A DNA stretch of 27,180 nt, the filler included, from an uncultured virus (IMG/VR IMGVR_UViG_2061766007_000205) (Duplodnaviria; Heunggongvirae; Uroviricota; Caudoviricetes). It is 2 parts of one record of this genome, joined end to end, with 100 filler letters (N's around TTAATTAATTAA, not from the genome) between each part and the next. Parts side by side here need not be neighbours in the genome. Positions count along the whole stretch, not along the records: positions 1 to 25,492 come from IMGVR_UViG_2061766007_000205; 1 more part is not named here. One strand, given 5' to 3'. Of this stretch, positions 1 through 8,078 are shown piece by piece. The translations under genes and the position numbers were made by a program. A model generated the notes under the pieces. That model had not been told where the DNA came from, did not search any database, and saw only the letters and a program-made list of their open reading frames with translations. How positions within the stretch are numbered: the stretch's first letter is position 1; every line of letters starts with the position of its first letter.

Positions 1-1
1 C

Positions 2-601
2 TTGTATAAACCCATCGAGTGTAAATACTTCAATGGCGAGATAACCGAGTCGGTCAATAAGATCATCGGTGTACTTGATCCTGCTGTGGGCGGCGGGGAC
101 TATCTGTCCATGATAATCATAGCCGAGGGCAAGAAGAAGTATGCGATAGATTGGGTATATTCCAAAGAGACGAAGGGCAAGACGATACCCGAACTCGTGG
201 CAAAGATCAAGTTTCACAACATATCGGAAGTCCACTATGAGAGAAACGGCATAGGAAGGGTGTTTGATGACGAACTGACTCAGGCGCTCCACAATGCCGA
301 CTACTACAGATGCAAGATGACATCGTTTGCGGCGCCGGAGGGCATGAGCAAGGAAGAGAAGATTATCGGATATTCGGATTGGGTAAAGTCGAACATCTAT
401 TTCATCGAGGAAACGGCAAAATCAACCACATATACCCGTTCGGGGCAATACCAGACCGCGCTTAACCATACGTTCATATATACGTCCGTAGGAAAGAATA
501 AGTATGATGATGCGCCTGATAACCTTGCACAAGTAGGAAGGGTGTACGAGAGGCAGAGGAACGGCACTATTGATGTAATACTCAATCCGTTTAGGAGGTA
601 G
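2..601 (+). CDS. terL: Terminase large subunit, C-terminal RNase H-like nuclease domain (5'-truncated by window edge)
   Basis: Motifs GVLDPAVGGGDY, HYERNGIG and KYDDAPD typical of TerL nuclease domains; lies upstream of portal. Confidence 0.85.
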   Translation: MYKPIECKYFNGEITESVNKIIGVLDPAVGGGDYLSMIIIAEGKKKYAIDWVYSKETKGKTIPELVAKIKFHNISEVHYERNGIGRVFDDELTQALHNADYYRCKMTSFAAPEGMSKEEKIIGYSDWVKSNIYFIEETAKSTTYTRSGQYQTALNHTFIYTSVGKNKYDDAPDNLAQVGRVYERQRNGTIDVILNPFRR

Positions 602-603
602 AC

Positions 604-807
604 ATGAAATGTAAAAACTGTGGTGCAGAATTAAATAACGGTCGTTGTGAATACTGCGGGTCGTTTTTCGTGGAGGATTTGAGGATGCTTACCTTAATAC
701 CACCGAAGATCGATGAGGACTTGCTTCACGAAATGCTGAAAAAGGTCGAAATGACTCGTTTAGGTGACATAGAACCGCATTTTATAGAGGGGTGGAAGTA
801 TGTATGA
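604..807 (+). CDS. Small zinc-ribbon protein
   Basis: MKCKNCGAELNNGRCEYCGS has two CxxC motifs; strong SD AGGAGGT at the terL stop. Confidence 0.7.
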   Translation: MKCKNCGAELNNGRCEYCGSFFVEDLRMLTLIPPKIDEDLLHEMLKKVEMTRLGDIEPHFIEGWKYV

Positions 808-1198
808 TGATTTAAGGGAACTCAACTACACAATTCAGAAAAAACAGGAGCATATTGACGAACTGCGGGCGGCCTTGACCTCATTAAGTGCGCCTATAGG
901 TGTCGTAGTGCAATCGTCACATTCCGACAGGATAGCGTCATTGACTTGTAAGGTCATTGCAGAGGAAAAGGCGCTTGATAAACTGATAGACAAGTATGCC
1001 GACATGAAACACAAGGCCGCGAAGGAGATTTTCACCCTGAAAAATGAGGAATGGCAGGAAATACTGTTCATGCACTACCTTGAGTACAAATCTTTAGGCG
1101 AAATAGCGGCAATCAAGGGCAAAACGGCAGGTGCAATCAAGCTGATGAATAACCGGGCATTAAAAAGGCTGAAAAAAACTGTTGACGTAACAAGGTAA
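800..1198 (+). CDS. Phage transcriptional regulator, sigma70 region-4 HTH (ArpU/RinA-like late activator)
   Basis: C-terminal ILFMHYLEYKSLGEIAAIKGKTAGAIKLMNNRALKRL HTH pattern after a coiled N-terminus; SD GAGGGG. Confidence 0.7.
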   Translation: MYDDLRELNYTIQKKQEHIDELRAALTSLSAPIGVVVQSSHSDRIASLTCKVIAEEKALDKLIDKYADMKHKAAKEIFTLKNEEWQEILFMHYLEYKSLGEIAAIKGKTAGAIKLMNNRALKRLKKTVDVTR

Positions 1199-1210
1199 CT
1201 TTGGTAAGTA
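1174..1210 (+). promoter_or_regulatory. Putative late promoter: TTGACG-N17-TAAGTA
   Basis: -35 TTGACG 1182-1187, 17-nt spacer, TAAGTA 1205-1210; same motif and spacing recur at 19523-19559. Confidence 0.5.
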
Positions 1211-1228
1211 GCAAAATGAAGTGTTGTC

Positions 1229-1256
1229 AAGGTGTGGATTATTCCGCACCTTTTTT
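1229..1256 (+). terminator. Intrinsic terminator before portal
   Basis: AAGGTGTGGA-TTAT-TCCGCACCTT stem continuing into a T6 tract. Confidence 0.7.
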
Positions 1257-1265
1257 GGTGAGAAA

Positions 1266-2693
1266 ATGAAAGATTTAAGACGTAACAGCAAGCCTTTCAA
1301 TGAGGTATGCCATAATTCGTTCGGGCGCAAGGTGATATATACCAATGCCACGAAGATCACATCAGAGAATGTCGTAAAAGAACTCTCAAAGGCGATATCC
1401 GTACATCGGCAGAACGCTGAAGAGATAGACTATCTTTACAACTACTATCTCGGAAATCAGCCTGTCTTGTACCGTAAAAAGCAGGTCAGACCAGAAATCA
1501 ACAACAAAGTCGTGCAGAACACGGCTTATTTTATTGTCGAAACAAAGACAGCCGACATAGCGAGTGAGCCGATACAGTATGTTCTCCGGGGGACGGACGA
1601 GACAAAATCGAAAGAGATAGCCAACCTTAACTCCATCATGGACAGTGAGGATAAGTCATATTCGGACATATGCTTGGCACGTTGGAGGTCTATCTGCGGA
1701 ACATCATACCGTTTCATAGCGAACGATGACGGGCGGTCTACCATCCTTGATGAGACAGACTTCAGGATAGACGTTTTAGACCCTCGGATGACGTGCGTTG
1801 TCTACTATAACAACAACCTTCCGGCATTTTCCATACAACAGACAAAAGACGAGAAAAACAAGACGGTTTACTTTGTCTATACCAAAGATACATGGTATGT
1901 CATCAGCGCCAATAAGATCATACAAAGCAACACGAACGGCTTTTTGGCTATTCCTGTTATCGAATATCCGAACAATGAGAACAGAATATCAGACATCGAG
2001 ATCACGATATCACTTTCAGACGCGATAAATGAAATGTCATCCGACAGGCAGGACGGTATCGCACAGTTCGTGCAATCCTTCATAAAATTTGTGAACTGCG
2101 AGATGGATGCGGACAAGTTTGCAGAACTCCGTCAAAGCGGCGCATTTATCGTCAAATCAAACAACGGTGAGAACAAAGCTGATGTAGATATCATGTCGTC
2201 CGAACTCAATCAGAGTGAAAGTCAGGTTGCCATTGACGACCTCTTTAACAAGATTTTGGTTATTCAGGGCATAGCAAACCGCGAGGGCAACACCGGGGGC
2301 GACACACAGGGTGCGGTATCACTCCGAAACGGATATCTTGACAGCGAGAAAAGAGCGGAACTGTCCGAACCATCCTTTAAGAAAGCCGAGAAGGAGTTTT
2401 TGCGCATAGTCCTTTATATGCTGTCGGTAAAGAAACAGACGAGCCTTAAAGTCTCGGATGTGGAAATCAAGATCAGCCGTTCAAAGATGGACAATATGCT
2501 TACGAAAGCGGAAACAATGAAGATTCTGTTAGAGAGTGGGATCTATTTTGAGCGTGCCATTAAGTCCGTAGGATTTTTCGCCGATCCAGAGCAAGTCGCA
2601 ATCGAATCGCGCGAAAGAATGGAATACCTTTACCCGACCGAAGAACCCAAAGAGCCTGTCGAAACTGAAGAGATAGACGTGGTTGAAGAATGA
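1266..2693 (+). CDS. Portal protein (SPP1 gp6-like)
   Basis: About 475 aa; YLYNYYLGNQ, INNKVVQN and IPVIEYPNNENRISDIE motifs; position after terL; ATG 1266 with GGTGAG SD preferred over GTG 1221. Confidence 0.9.
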   Translation: MKDLRRNSKPFNEVCHNSFGRKVIYTNATKITSENVVKELSKAISVHRQNAEEIDYLYNYYLGNQPVLYRKKQVRPEINNKVVQNTAYFIVETKTADIASEPIQYVLRGTDETKSKEIANLNSIMDSEDKSYSDICLARWRSICGTSYRFIANDDGRSTILDETDFRIDVLDPRMTCVVYYNNNLPAFSIQQTKDEKNKTVYFVYTKDTWYVISANKIIQSNTNGFLAIPVIEYPNNENRISDIEITISLSDAINEMSSDRQDGIAQFVQSFIKFVNCEMDADKFAELRQSGAFIVKSNNGENKADVDIMSSELNQSESQVAIDDLFNKILVIQGIANREGNTGGDTQGAVSLRNGYLDSEKRAELSEPSFKKAEKEFLRIVLYMLSVKKQTSLKVSDVEIKISRSKMDNMLTKAETMKILLESGIYFERAIKSVGFFADPEQVAIESRERMEYLYPTEEPKEPVETEEIDVVEE

Positions 2694-3257
2694 AATTTGA
2701 CGAACTCAATCAGTTAAAACGGTTTTTTTCTACGATGGAGATAACCGATGAGGAAAAGAAAAAGCGCTGTGACCTTGCTTATGATTTTTACGATGCTATA
2801 TATTTCGTTTTTACGATTATCAGGGTCGAGAAGGAGATCGAGGAGGTTAATTTCACTCGAAATGCGCTGATTGTAGATCAGTATAGGTCAACTCTGGAAA
2901 ACCGCATAACTGATGTGTTTAAGAAAGCGAAAATCCCGTATGAGGATGACTATATACCGAAATTGGTAGATGAGATCATCACAACTACCAATCGACACCC
3001 CGAAGATATGTACTATCTGTCGAAAGAAAGAGCGGTACTTATCGCACAGAATGAGGCTAACACGGCTATCAATTATGCCGACTATGTATCAGCCAAAGAC
3101 AGCGGGGCAACACATAANNNNNNNNNNAGACGGAACGGTAGTGCCGATAGATGACTATTTCTATGTCGGCGGTGATACGCTGCGGTTTCCGCACGATTAT
3201 CAGAACGGGTCTGCCGAAAATCTAATCAACTGTAGGTGCATTTGCATTTACGAATAG
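2690..3257 (+). CDS. Minor head protein (MuF/SPP1 gp7-like), split by N gap 3118-3127
   Basis: RAVLIAQNEAN before the gap and FPHD...ENLINCRC after it; the 51-nt fragment at 26490-26540 restores the frame, giving 202 aa. Confidence 0.85.
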
Positions 3258-3281
3258 TTTTCATTTGTTTCACTCCGAAAA

Positions 3282-3301
3282 GCGGTCTGGAAACAGACCG
3301 T
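3282..3301 (+). other. GNRA-capped hairpin
   Basis: GCGGTCTG-GAAA-CAGACCGT. Confidence 0.6.
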
Positions 3302-3309
3302 GAGAAATT

Positions 3310-3332
3310 AACATCCTTCGGGATGTTTTTTT
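3310..3332 (+). terminator. Intrinsic terminator with UUCG tetraloop
   Basis: AACATCC-TTCG-GGATGTT continuing into a T7 tract. Confidence 0.8.
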
Positions 3333-3344
3333 AATAAAGTGCAT

Positions 3345-3432
3345 AACGGGGATAGTGATTGCAACACGAAAGCGGAAAGCCTTATCCGTTTCCCCGTTTT
3401 GAATAAATAAGGCATTACCGAAAGGCAGGTAA
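3345..3432 (+). ncRNA. Candidate structured 5' leader RNA (three-way junction plus pseudoknot) of the HNH gene
   Basis: P1 3345-3352/3391-3398; P2 GTG/CAC; P3 3371-3376/3385-3390; loop GCCTTA 3379-3384 complementary to TAAGGC 3408-3413; TTACC/GGTAA hairpin over the RBS. Confidence 0.55.
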
Positions 3433-3434
3433 AC

Positions 3435-4256
3435 ATGGAAAACGAAATATGGAAAGATGTTGAATGGCGAGGTGTTTTATTTCAGGTCAGTAGCGAGGGG
3501 AGAGTAAAAAGAGAGTGGAACGGTCGAAACAAAATACTTAAACCCTTTATGAACGGAACAAGGGCAAAAGTAAGATTTACACAAGACGGACACGCTCAAT
3601 ATGCTCCCGTTGCGTTATTAGTCGCACTTGCATTTTTGCCGACAGATGGCAACAAAGACTATGTAGAACATATAGATGGAAACACTCAAAACAACAGAGT
3701 AGAAAACTTAAGGTGGTCTGAATTGTCAAATCGTGAAGCGTGGAGCGCACAAATGGCAAAAGGACAATTAAAGAGCAAAAACGACTACTACTATGAGGGA
3801 AATTACGCATATATCAAGATTAGCAACGCTGACAAAATAATGATATGCGATAAAGATATTTGGGAAAAATATAAACATAGCACATGGTTTATTCACGAGG
3901 GCTATGCCAGCGCGGGAATAAACGGAAAGATGGTTAAAATGCACCGTCTTATCATGGATTGCCCAGATGGTTATGTTGTAGATCATATAAACAGAAACAC
4001 ACTCGACAATCGAAAAGAAAATTTAAGAATAACCACTCAATGTGTAAACACAATTAACCGAGGTGCTTCTCCTTTAAGTTCAACAGCAATTAAAGGTGTT
4101 TATAAAGAAAAGTACGGATATAGAGCAGATATAAGCGTAAAGAAAAAGCGCATTTACCTCGGACATTTTCAGAATATTGAGAACGCGATAAGAGTAAGAA
4201 AAGAAGCAGAAATAAAATATCACGATGAAATCATTGAAAAAGAAACACTGCATTAG
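3435..4256 (+). CDS. Homing-type endonuclease, NUMOD4 + HNH + HNH + AP2
   Basis: EIWKDV...FQVSSEGRVK (NUMOD4); EHIDGNTQNNRVENLRW (HNH1); DHINRNTLDNRKENLR (HNH2); KGVY...YRADI...RIYLGHF...AIRVRKEAE (AP2); visibly more A-rich than neighbours. Confidence 0.9.
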   Translation: MENEIWKDVEWRGVLFQVSSEGRVKREWNGRNKILKPFMNGTRAKVRFTQDGHAQYAPVALLVALAFLPTDGNKDYVEHIDGNTQNNRVENLRWSELSNREAWSAQMAKGQLKSKNDYYYEGNYAYIKISNADKIMICDKDIWEKYKHSTWFIHEGYASAGINGKMVKMHRLIMDCPDGYVVDHINRNTLDNRKENLRITTQCVNTINRGASPLSSTAIKGVYKEKYGYRADISVKKKRIYLGHFQNIENAIRVRKEAEIKYHDEIIEKETLH

Positions 4257-4268
4257 CGGTGTTTTTTT
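4243..4268 (+). terminator. Intrinsic terminator overlapping HNH stop
   Basis: AAACACTGC-ATTA-GCGGTGTTT continuing into a T7 tract. Confidence 0.75.
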
Positions 4269-4276
4269 AATACGCA

Positions 4277-4335
4277 CTAATGCGACAAATTAGACCGTCC
4301 ATCGTAGAGCAAGGCTACGTTAAAAAGTGTAGACG
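4277..4335 (+). promoter_or_regulatory. Candidate structured leader of the scaffold gene
   Basis: CTAAT/ATTAG hairpin, then CGTC-CAT-[CGTAG-AGCAAGG-CTACG]-TTAAAAA-GTG-TA-GACG nested stem directly before the SD. Confidence 0.45.
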
Positions 4336-4350
4336 AGAAAGGGAAAGACA

Positions 4351-5010
4351 ATGTTATCAAGAGAAGAAGTAAAACAGAAACTTATCGCATGGGGAATTGA
4401 AACCCCAACAGACGAACAGGTAAGCGATTATCTTGCCACAATCAGTAAAGAAACGAAATCGGCAGAAGATAGGGCTACACGTTACAAGGCTGAAAGCGAT
4501 AAGGTTCGTGATTTGGAGAAACAGCTTAAAGAAGCGAACGAAAAAGGTATGACCGACCTTGAATTGTCGCAGAAGAAAACCGAGGAAGCGTTGAAGGAAG
4601 TGGAAAATCTGCGTTCAACCGTCAAGCAGATGGAACTACTCAAATCATTAGCAGACANNNNNNNNNNAGAAGCGCTGAAGGAAGTAGAAAGTCTGCGTTC
4701 AACCGTCAAGCAGATGGAACTACTCAAATCATTAGCAGACATCGGGATAATCGGTGACGATGCAAACGGGTTAATAGGTGAGGATGGACAACTCAACACC
4801 GAGAAGCTCGGGAAGATCATAGAAAGCCGTGAAAAAGCGGCTGTAGCAACCTATCAGAAGGATGCACTTGATAAAACTCCGGCGCCTGACAACAAGAAGG
4901 GTGATGAAGGTGGCGAGGATGAAAAGCCTTACAAAGATATAGTTGATCGGGTTGCCGCCACGAAGAAAGCAGAGACCGAGGCGGTAAGCATTATCGATTC
5001 ATACAAATAA
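4351..5010 (+). CDS. Capsid scaffolding protein (about 191 aa after removing an 84-nt assembly duplication)
   Basis: Charged coiled coil ending TPAPD...IIDSYK, between minor head and capsid; 4585-4657 duplicated at 4669-4741 across the N gap. Confidence 0.8.
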   Translation: MLSREEVKQKLIAWGIETPTDEQVSDYLATISKETKSAEDRATRYKAESDKVRDLEKQLKEANEKGMTDLELSQKKTEEALKEVENLRSTVKQMELLKSLADXXXXEALKEVESLRSTVKQMELLKSLADIGIIGDDANGLIGEDGQLNTEKLGKIIESREKAAVATYQKDALDKTPAPDNKKGDEGGEDEKPYKDIVDRVAATKKAETEAVSIIDSYK

Positions 5011-5027
5011 TTCAGGAGGAAAAAAAC

Positions 5028-5342
5028 ATGAAGTATTCAAGCGTTTCTGTTTTAGGCACTCCCGAAGTGCTTAAAAGAAAACTTGGCGGCGAGTACATCA
5101 AGGAACTTGCTATCGATGCGACAGCGTTCACTAATGGAAAACTTGCGGCAGGATCAGCGGTAACATCGGCTGGCAAGAAGTCAACCGGAAACGGCTCGGA
5201 TGTCTACGGAATAACACTCAATGATTGTTACGAAGAGAACCCGAACGTAGCCGTTGTTATCGCATTTGCAGTTATCAACGGTGCGAACAGCACAGCAACA
5301 TCAAGCGACAGGGCGGCACTTACCGACCTGCGGTTTGAGTAA
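5028..5342 (+). CDS. Head decoration/cement protein
   Basis: 104 aa, Ala/Gly-rich (KLAAGSAV, VYGITLND), immediately upstream of the major capsid; SD AGGAGG. Confidence 0.65.
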   Translation: MKYSSVSVLGTPEVLKRKLGGEYIKELAIDATAFTNGKLAAGSAVTSAGKKSTGNGSDVYGITLNDCYEENPNVAVVIAFAVINGANSTATSSDRAALTDLRFE

Positions 5343-5360
5343 GGAAGGGGGGAATAGACT

Positions 5361-6428
5361 ATGGCAAACTTTAATGATGTTTTCAAATCCCCTGCAATCG
5401 CGGCGGTATATAACGAGGTAGCTTCAAACAAGATACCTTATCTCGGAGCGGGTTTCTTCCCGGCAAAGCAGAAGAGCGGCCTTAACCTTAAATGGATTAA
5501 GGGTTCAAAGGGTCTGCCTGTCATCCTTGCGCCTAGCGCATTTGACGTAGTAGCGCCCATCAGATCACGTCAGGGTCTTGAGGTCATCGACACAGAGATG
5601 GCTTATTTTAAAGAGGCCATGATCGTAAAAGAGCAGGACATTCAGGACTATGAGTCCATCGTTGAGAGTTCTCCTCTTGCAAGAGAAATCCTCGACCGTA
5701 ACTATGACGATGCAACAACGCTCATCGACAGTGCGCACGTTGTAGCCGAGAGAATGAGGATGAGCCTCCTTGCAAACGCAAACGGACATCCTTCAATTTC
5801 TATCGCGGTTTCGGGCGGTGCAAACTACACCTACAACTATGATCCGAACAACGACTACTCTACGAACAACTTTGATACGGTTTCGACATATTGGAGTGAC
5901 CTTGACGACTCCACGCCGCTTGAGGATATCTCGGCTGCGCAGGATGCGGTTGAGGCAAGGACAGGCACAAGACCTACTGTTCTCCTTATGAGCAAGAACA
6001 CAATGAACCTGCTCAAGCAGAACGACAGTATCAAGAGTGCTATCCTTGCACAGAACATCACGGCAAACATCTTTATGACGGATGCCCGTGTCAAGGAACT
6101 GTTCGCAAACGAACTCGGACTTACGATTATCGTTTACACAAAGCAGTACAAGGACGAGACAGGCACAGCGAAGAAGTTCTATCCCGATGGAATGGTTACG
6201 CTCCTTCCCGAAGGTGTGCTTGGAAATACTTGGATGGGTGTTACACCTGAAGAGCATAGATCCGACAAACTTGACGTTTCTATCGTTGACAACGGTATTG
6301 CCGTTGCGGTTGAAACGAAGTTTGACCCGGTACAGACGCTCACAAAGGTTTCCGAGATCGTTCTTCCTTCGTTCGAGAGGATGGATGAGACCTATATGCT
6401 GAAGGTTCTTGCAAATCTTTCATACTGA
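5361..6428 (+). CDS. Major capsid protein (capsid E / HK97 fold)
   Basis: 355 aa; YLGAGFFPAKQK, PSAFDVVAPIR and VSEIVLPSFERMD motifs; synteny. Confidence 0.9.
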   Translation: MANFNDVFKSPAIAAVYNEVASNKIPYLGAGFFPAKQKSGLNLKWIKGSKGLPVILAPSAFDVVAPIRSRQGLEVIDTEMAYFKEAMIVKEQDIQDYESIVESSPLAREILDRNYDDATTLIDSAHVVAERMRMSLLANANGHPSISIAVSGGANYTYNYDPNNDYSTNNFDTVSTYWSDLDDSTPLEDISAAQDAVEARTGTRPTVLLMSKNTMNLLKQNDSIKSAILAQNITANIFMTDARVKELFANELGLTIIVYTKQYKDETGTAKKFYPDGMVTLLPEGVLGNTWMGVTPEEHRSDKLDVSIVDNGIAVAVETKFDPVQTLTKVSEIVLPSFERMDETYMLKVLANLSY

Positions 6429-6443
6429 TAAGGAGGTAGGCAC

Positions 6444-6716
6444 ATGATTTTTCCGTTTGAGGTCAAAAAGAATGGTGTCTACTATCCTGCGGGTACGGAT
6501 GTACCTATAAGAAGTGAAAAGCGGGGGGCGAAAAAGCCTCCCGTTGAAACTTCGGGGAAAGTAGACGAGCCTGTTATTGAAACAGGAAGAAAATACACGG
6601 AAGAGGATTTAAAACTGCCGTACATGAAACTTAAAAGCCTTGCGTCACAGAACGGTATCAAGGTTGATAAGTCGGCAAAGGCAGAAGAGATCAAGGAATT
6701 ATTGAGGGCATTATGA
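6444..6716 (+). CDS. Small virion-associated protein with C-terminal HeH/Rho-N-like helical domain
   Basis: VKKNGVYYPAGTDVP N-terminus; LPYMKLKSLASQNGI...KAEEIKELL C-terminus; SD AAGGAGGT. Confidence 0.55.
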   Translation: MIFPFEVKKNGVYYPAGTDVPIRSEKRGAKKPPVETSGKVDEPVIETGRKYTEEDLKLPYMKLKSLASQNGIKVDKSAKAEEIKELLRAL

Positions 6717-7057
6717 CTATAAGTGAACTGTCAGAAGATGTGCAGGTAAAGGCACAGGCATACTTGGCTGAATCGGGTGATGAGGAAGCTACCATGCCTA
6801 CTCAAATAGTTGATTTTGTCGTGGAATATGCGATAAACGAAAGCCATTTTCCTATGTCGTTTAATGAGGACAAGATAGCCACAAGATTATCCAGATGCTC
6901 AAGCGCTATGGCTATGGCTTGCATAGAGGTTTACTCCCGCATGGGCGCAGAGGGTGAGAAGTCACACTCTGAAAATGCTATCTCACGGACTTATGACGGG
7001 GCATGGATAAGCACGAGACTGCATGATGTCCTTCCTAACTATGTAGAGGCAATATGA
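6713..7057 (+). CDS. Head-tail connector (adaptor)
   Basis: YSRMGAEGEKSHSENAISRTY motif; synteny. Confidence 0.8.
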   Translation: MTISELSEDVQVKAQAYLAESGDEEATMPTQIVDFVVEYAINESHFPMSFNEDKIATRLSRCSSAMAMACIEVYSRMGAEGEKSHSENAISRTYDGAWISTRLHDVLPNYVEAI

Positions 7058-7503
7058 TGCGCTGTCTATATCGGAACAAACAGACAATATACTATGCGTT
7101 GCTGATTGGCACGATGCCGGAATACAAACTCGATAGTGAAGGAAACAAGATAGTTGACTATGTAGACCCGGAGACAGGGGAAACCTATTACGTTGAAACG
7201 GGAAACAAGAAACTATACTACAGTCCTGCGGTGGAGTTTAAGGGCAACATAGCGTTTGCGGGTGCGGATTTGCTGCGTCAGGAGTTCGGTATTAGTGACG
7301 AACACTACGAGGCGGTACTAGTGCTGAATAAAGGCGAGATTCCGATAACCGAAACGTCCCTTATATGGTATCAGACAAGTCCGGCAGAAAAGATCATAGA
7401 TGATGTGGTATATGCCGATGAGACTACGGCTGATTACCGAGTATTAAGGTCTGTACCTTCACTGAACAACGACAGATACATATTGGCGAAGGTAGTTAAA
7501 TGA
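7054..7503 (+). CDS. Head closure/stopper-like protein
   Basis: Position after connector; ATGA-coupled; MRCLYRNKQTIYYA N-terminus. Confidence 0.6.
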   Translation: MMRCLYRNKQTIYYALLIGTMPEYKLDSEGNKIVDYVDPETGETYYVETGNKKLYYSPAVEFKGNIAFAGADLLRQEFGISDEHYEAVLVLNKGEIPITETSLIWYQTSPAEKIIDDVVYADETTADYRVLRSVPSLNNDRYILAKVVK

Positions 7504-8078
7504 ATTACAGAGTAAGCCTGGATGTGCAGGAATTAGACCGCTTGGCTGATTTCCTTGACGATTACGCAGACAGTTTTGAAGAAAAGGTCAATCTGTTTCT
7601 GAATAGATTGGCAGACAAGGCTATAGAGGTTGCCTCGGCAAACGGGGGTGACTTTGGACGTTTCATTTATTACTCAAAGAAACTTGAGGATGAGACGACA
7701 ATCTATGTTTCAGCCACTTCAAAGCTGATTAAGACGGAATGGTATGCGGGGTCAAACACAAAAGAGACAAGATCAGAGGTCATATCCCCGCTGCTCATGG
7801 CTGAATTTGGTTCGGGTCATTATGCGATAGAAAACGAAAATGCCCCCGGATTAGGCGGTCAGGGTACTTTAAACAAGTACGGACACGCATTTGATGAAGA
7901 TGGATGGTATTGGTATGCGGAGATGCCCCCGAAAGGTGATGCGACAGCGATAAAAACCGCAAAGAGCGGAAAGGTCAAGTATCACTCAAAAGGGAACAGA
8001 CCCACACAGCCTTTACATAAAGCGGTCGTAACTTGCATCAGGCAAGTGCAGGAAATAGCGCAAGAGGTATTCGGATGA
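7500..8078 (+). CDS. Neck/tail completion protein (HK97 gp10-like)
   Basis: LLMAEFGSG motif, GWYW, and C-terminal SKGNRPTQPLHKA. Confidence 0.65.
   Translation: MNYRVSLDVQELDRLADFLDDYADSFEEKVNLFLNRLADKAIEVASANGGDFGRFIYYSKKLEDETTIYVSATSKLIKTEWYAGSNTKETRSEVISPLLMAEFGSGHYAIENENAPGLGGQGTLNKYGHAFDEDGWYWYAEMPPKGDATAIKTAKSGKVKYHSKGNRPTQPLHKAVVTCIRQVQEIAQEVFG

Noticed and set aside
4303..4335. Pistol ribozyme (hairpin followed by TTAAAAAG resembles its 5' part)
   Set aside because: No downstream complement to the loop AGCAAGG, so the required pseudoknot is absent
4585..4741. Apparent tandem duplication in the scaffold gene
   Set aside because: Copies flank a 10-N gap and differ by a few SNPs; scaffolding of two alleles rather than a biological repeat
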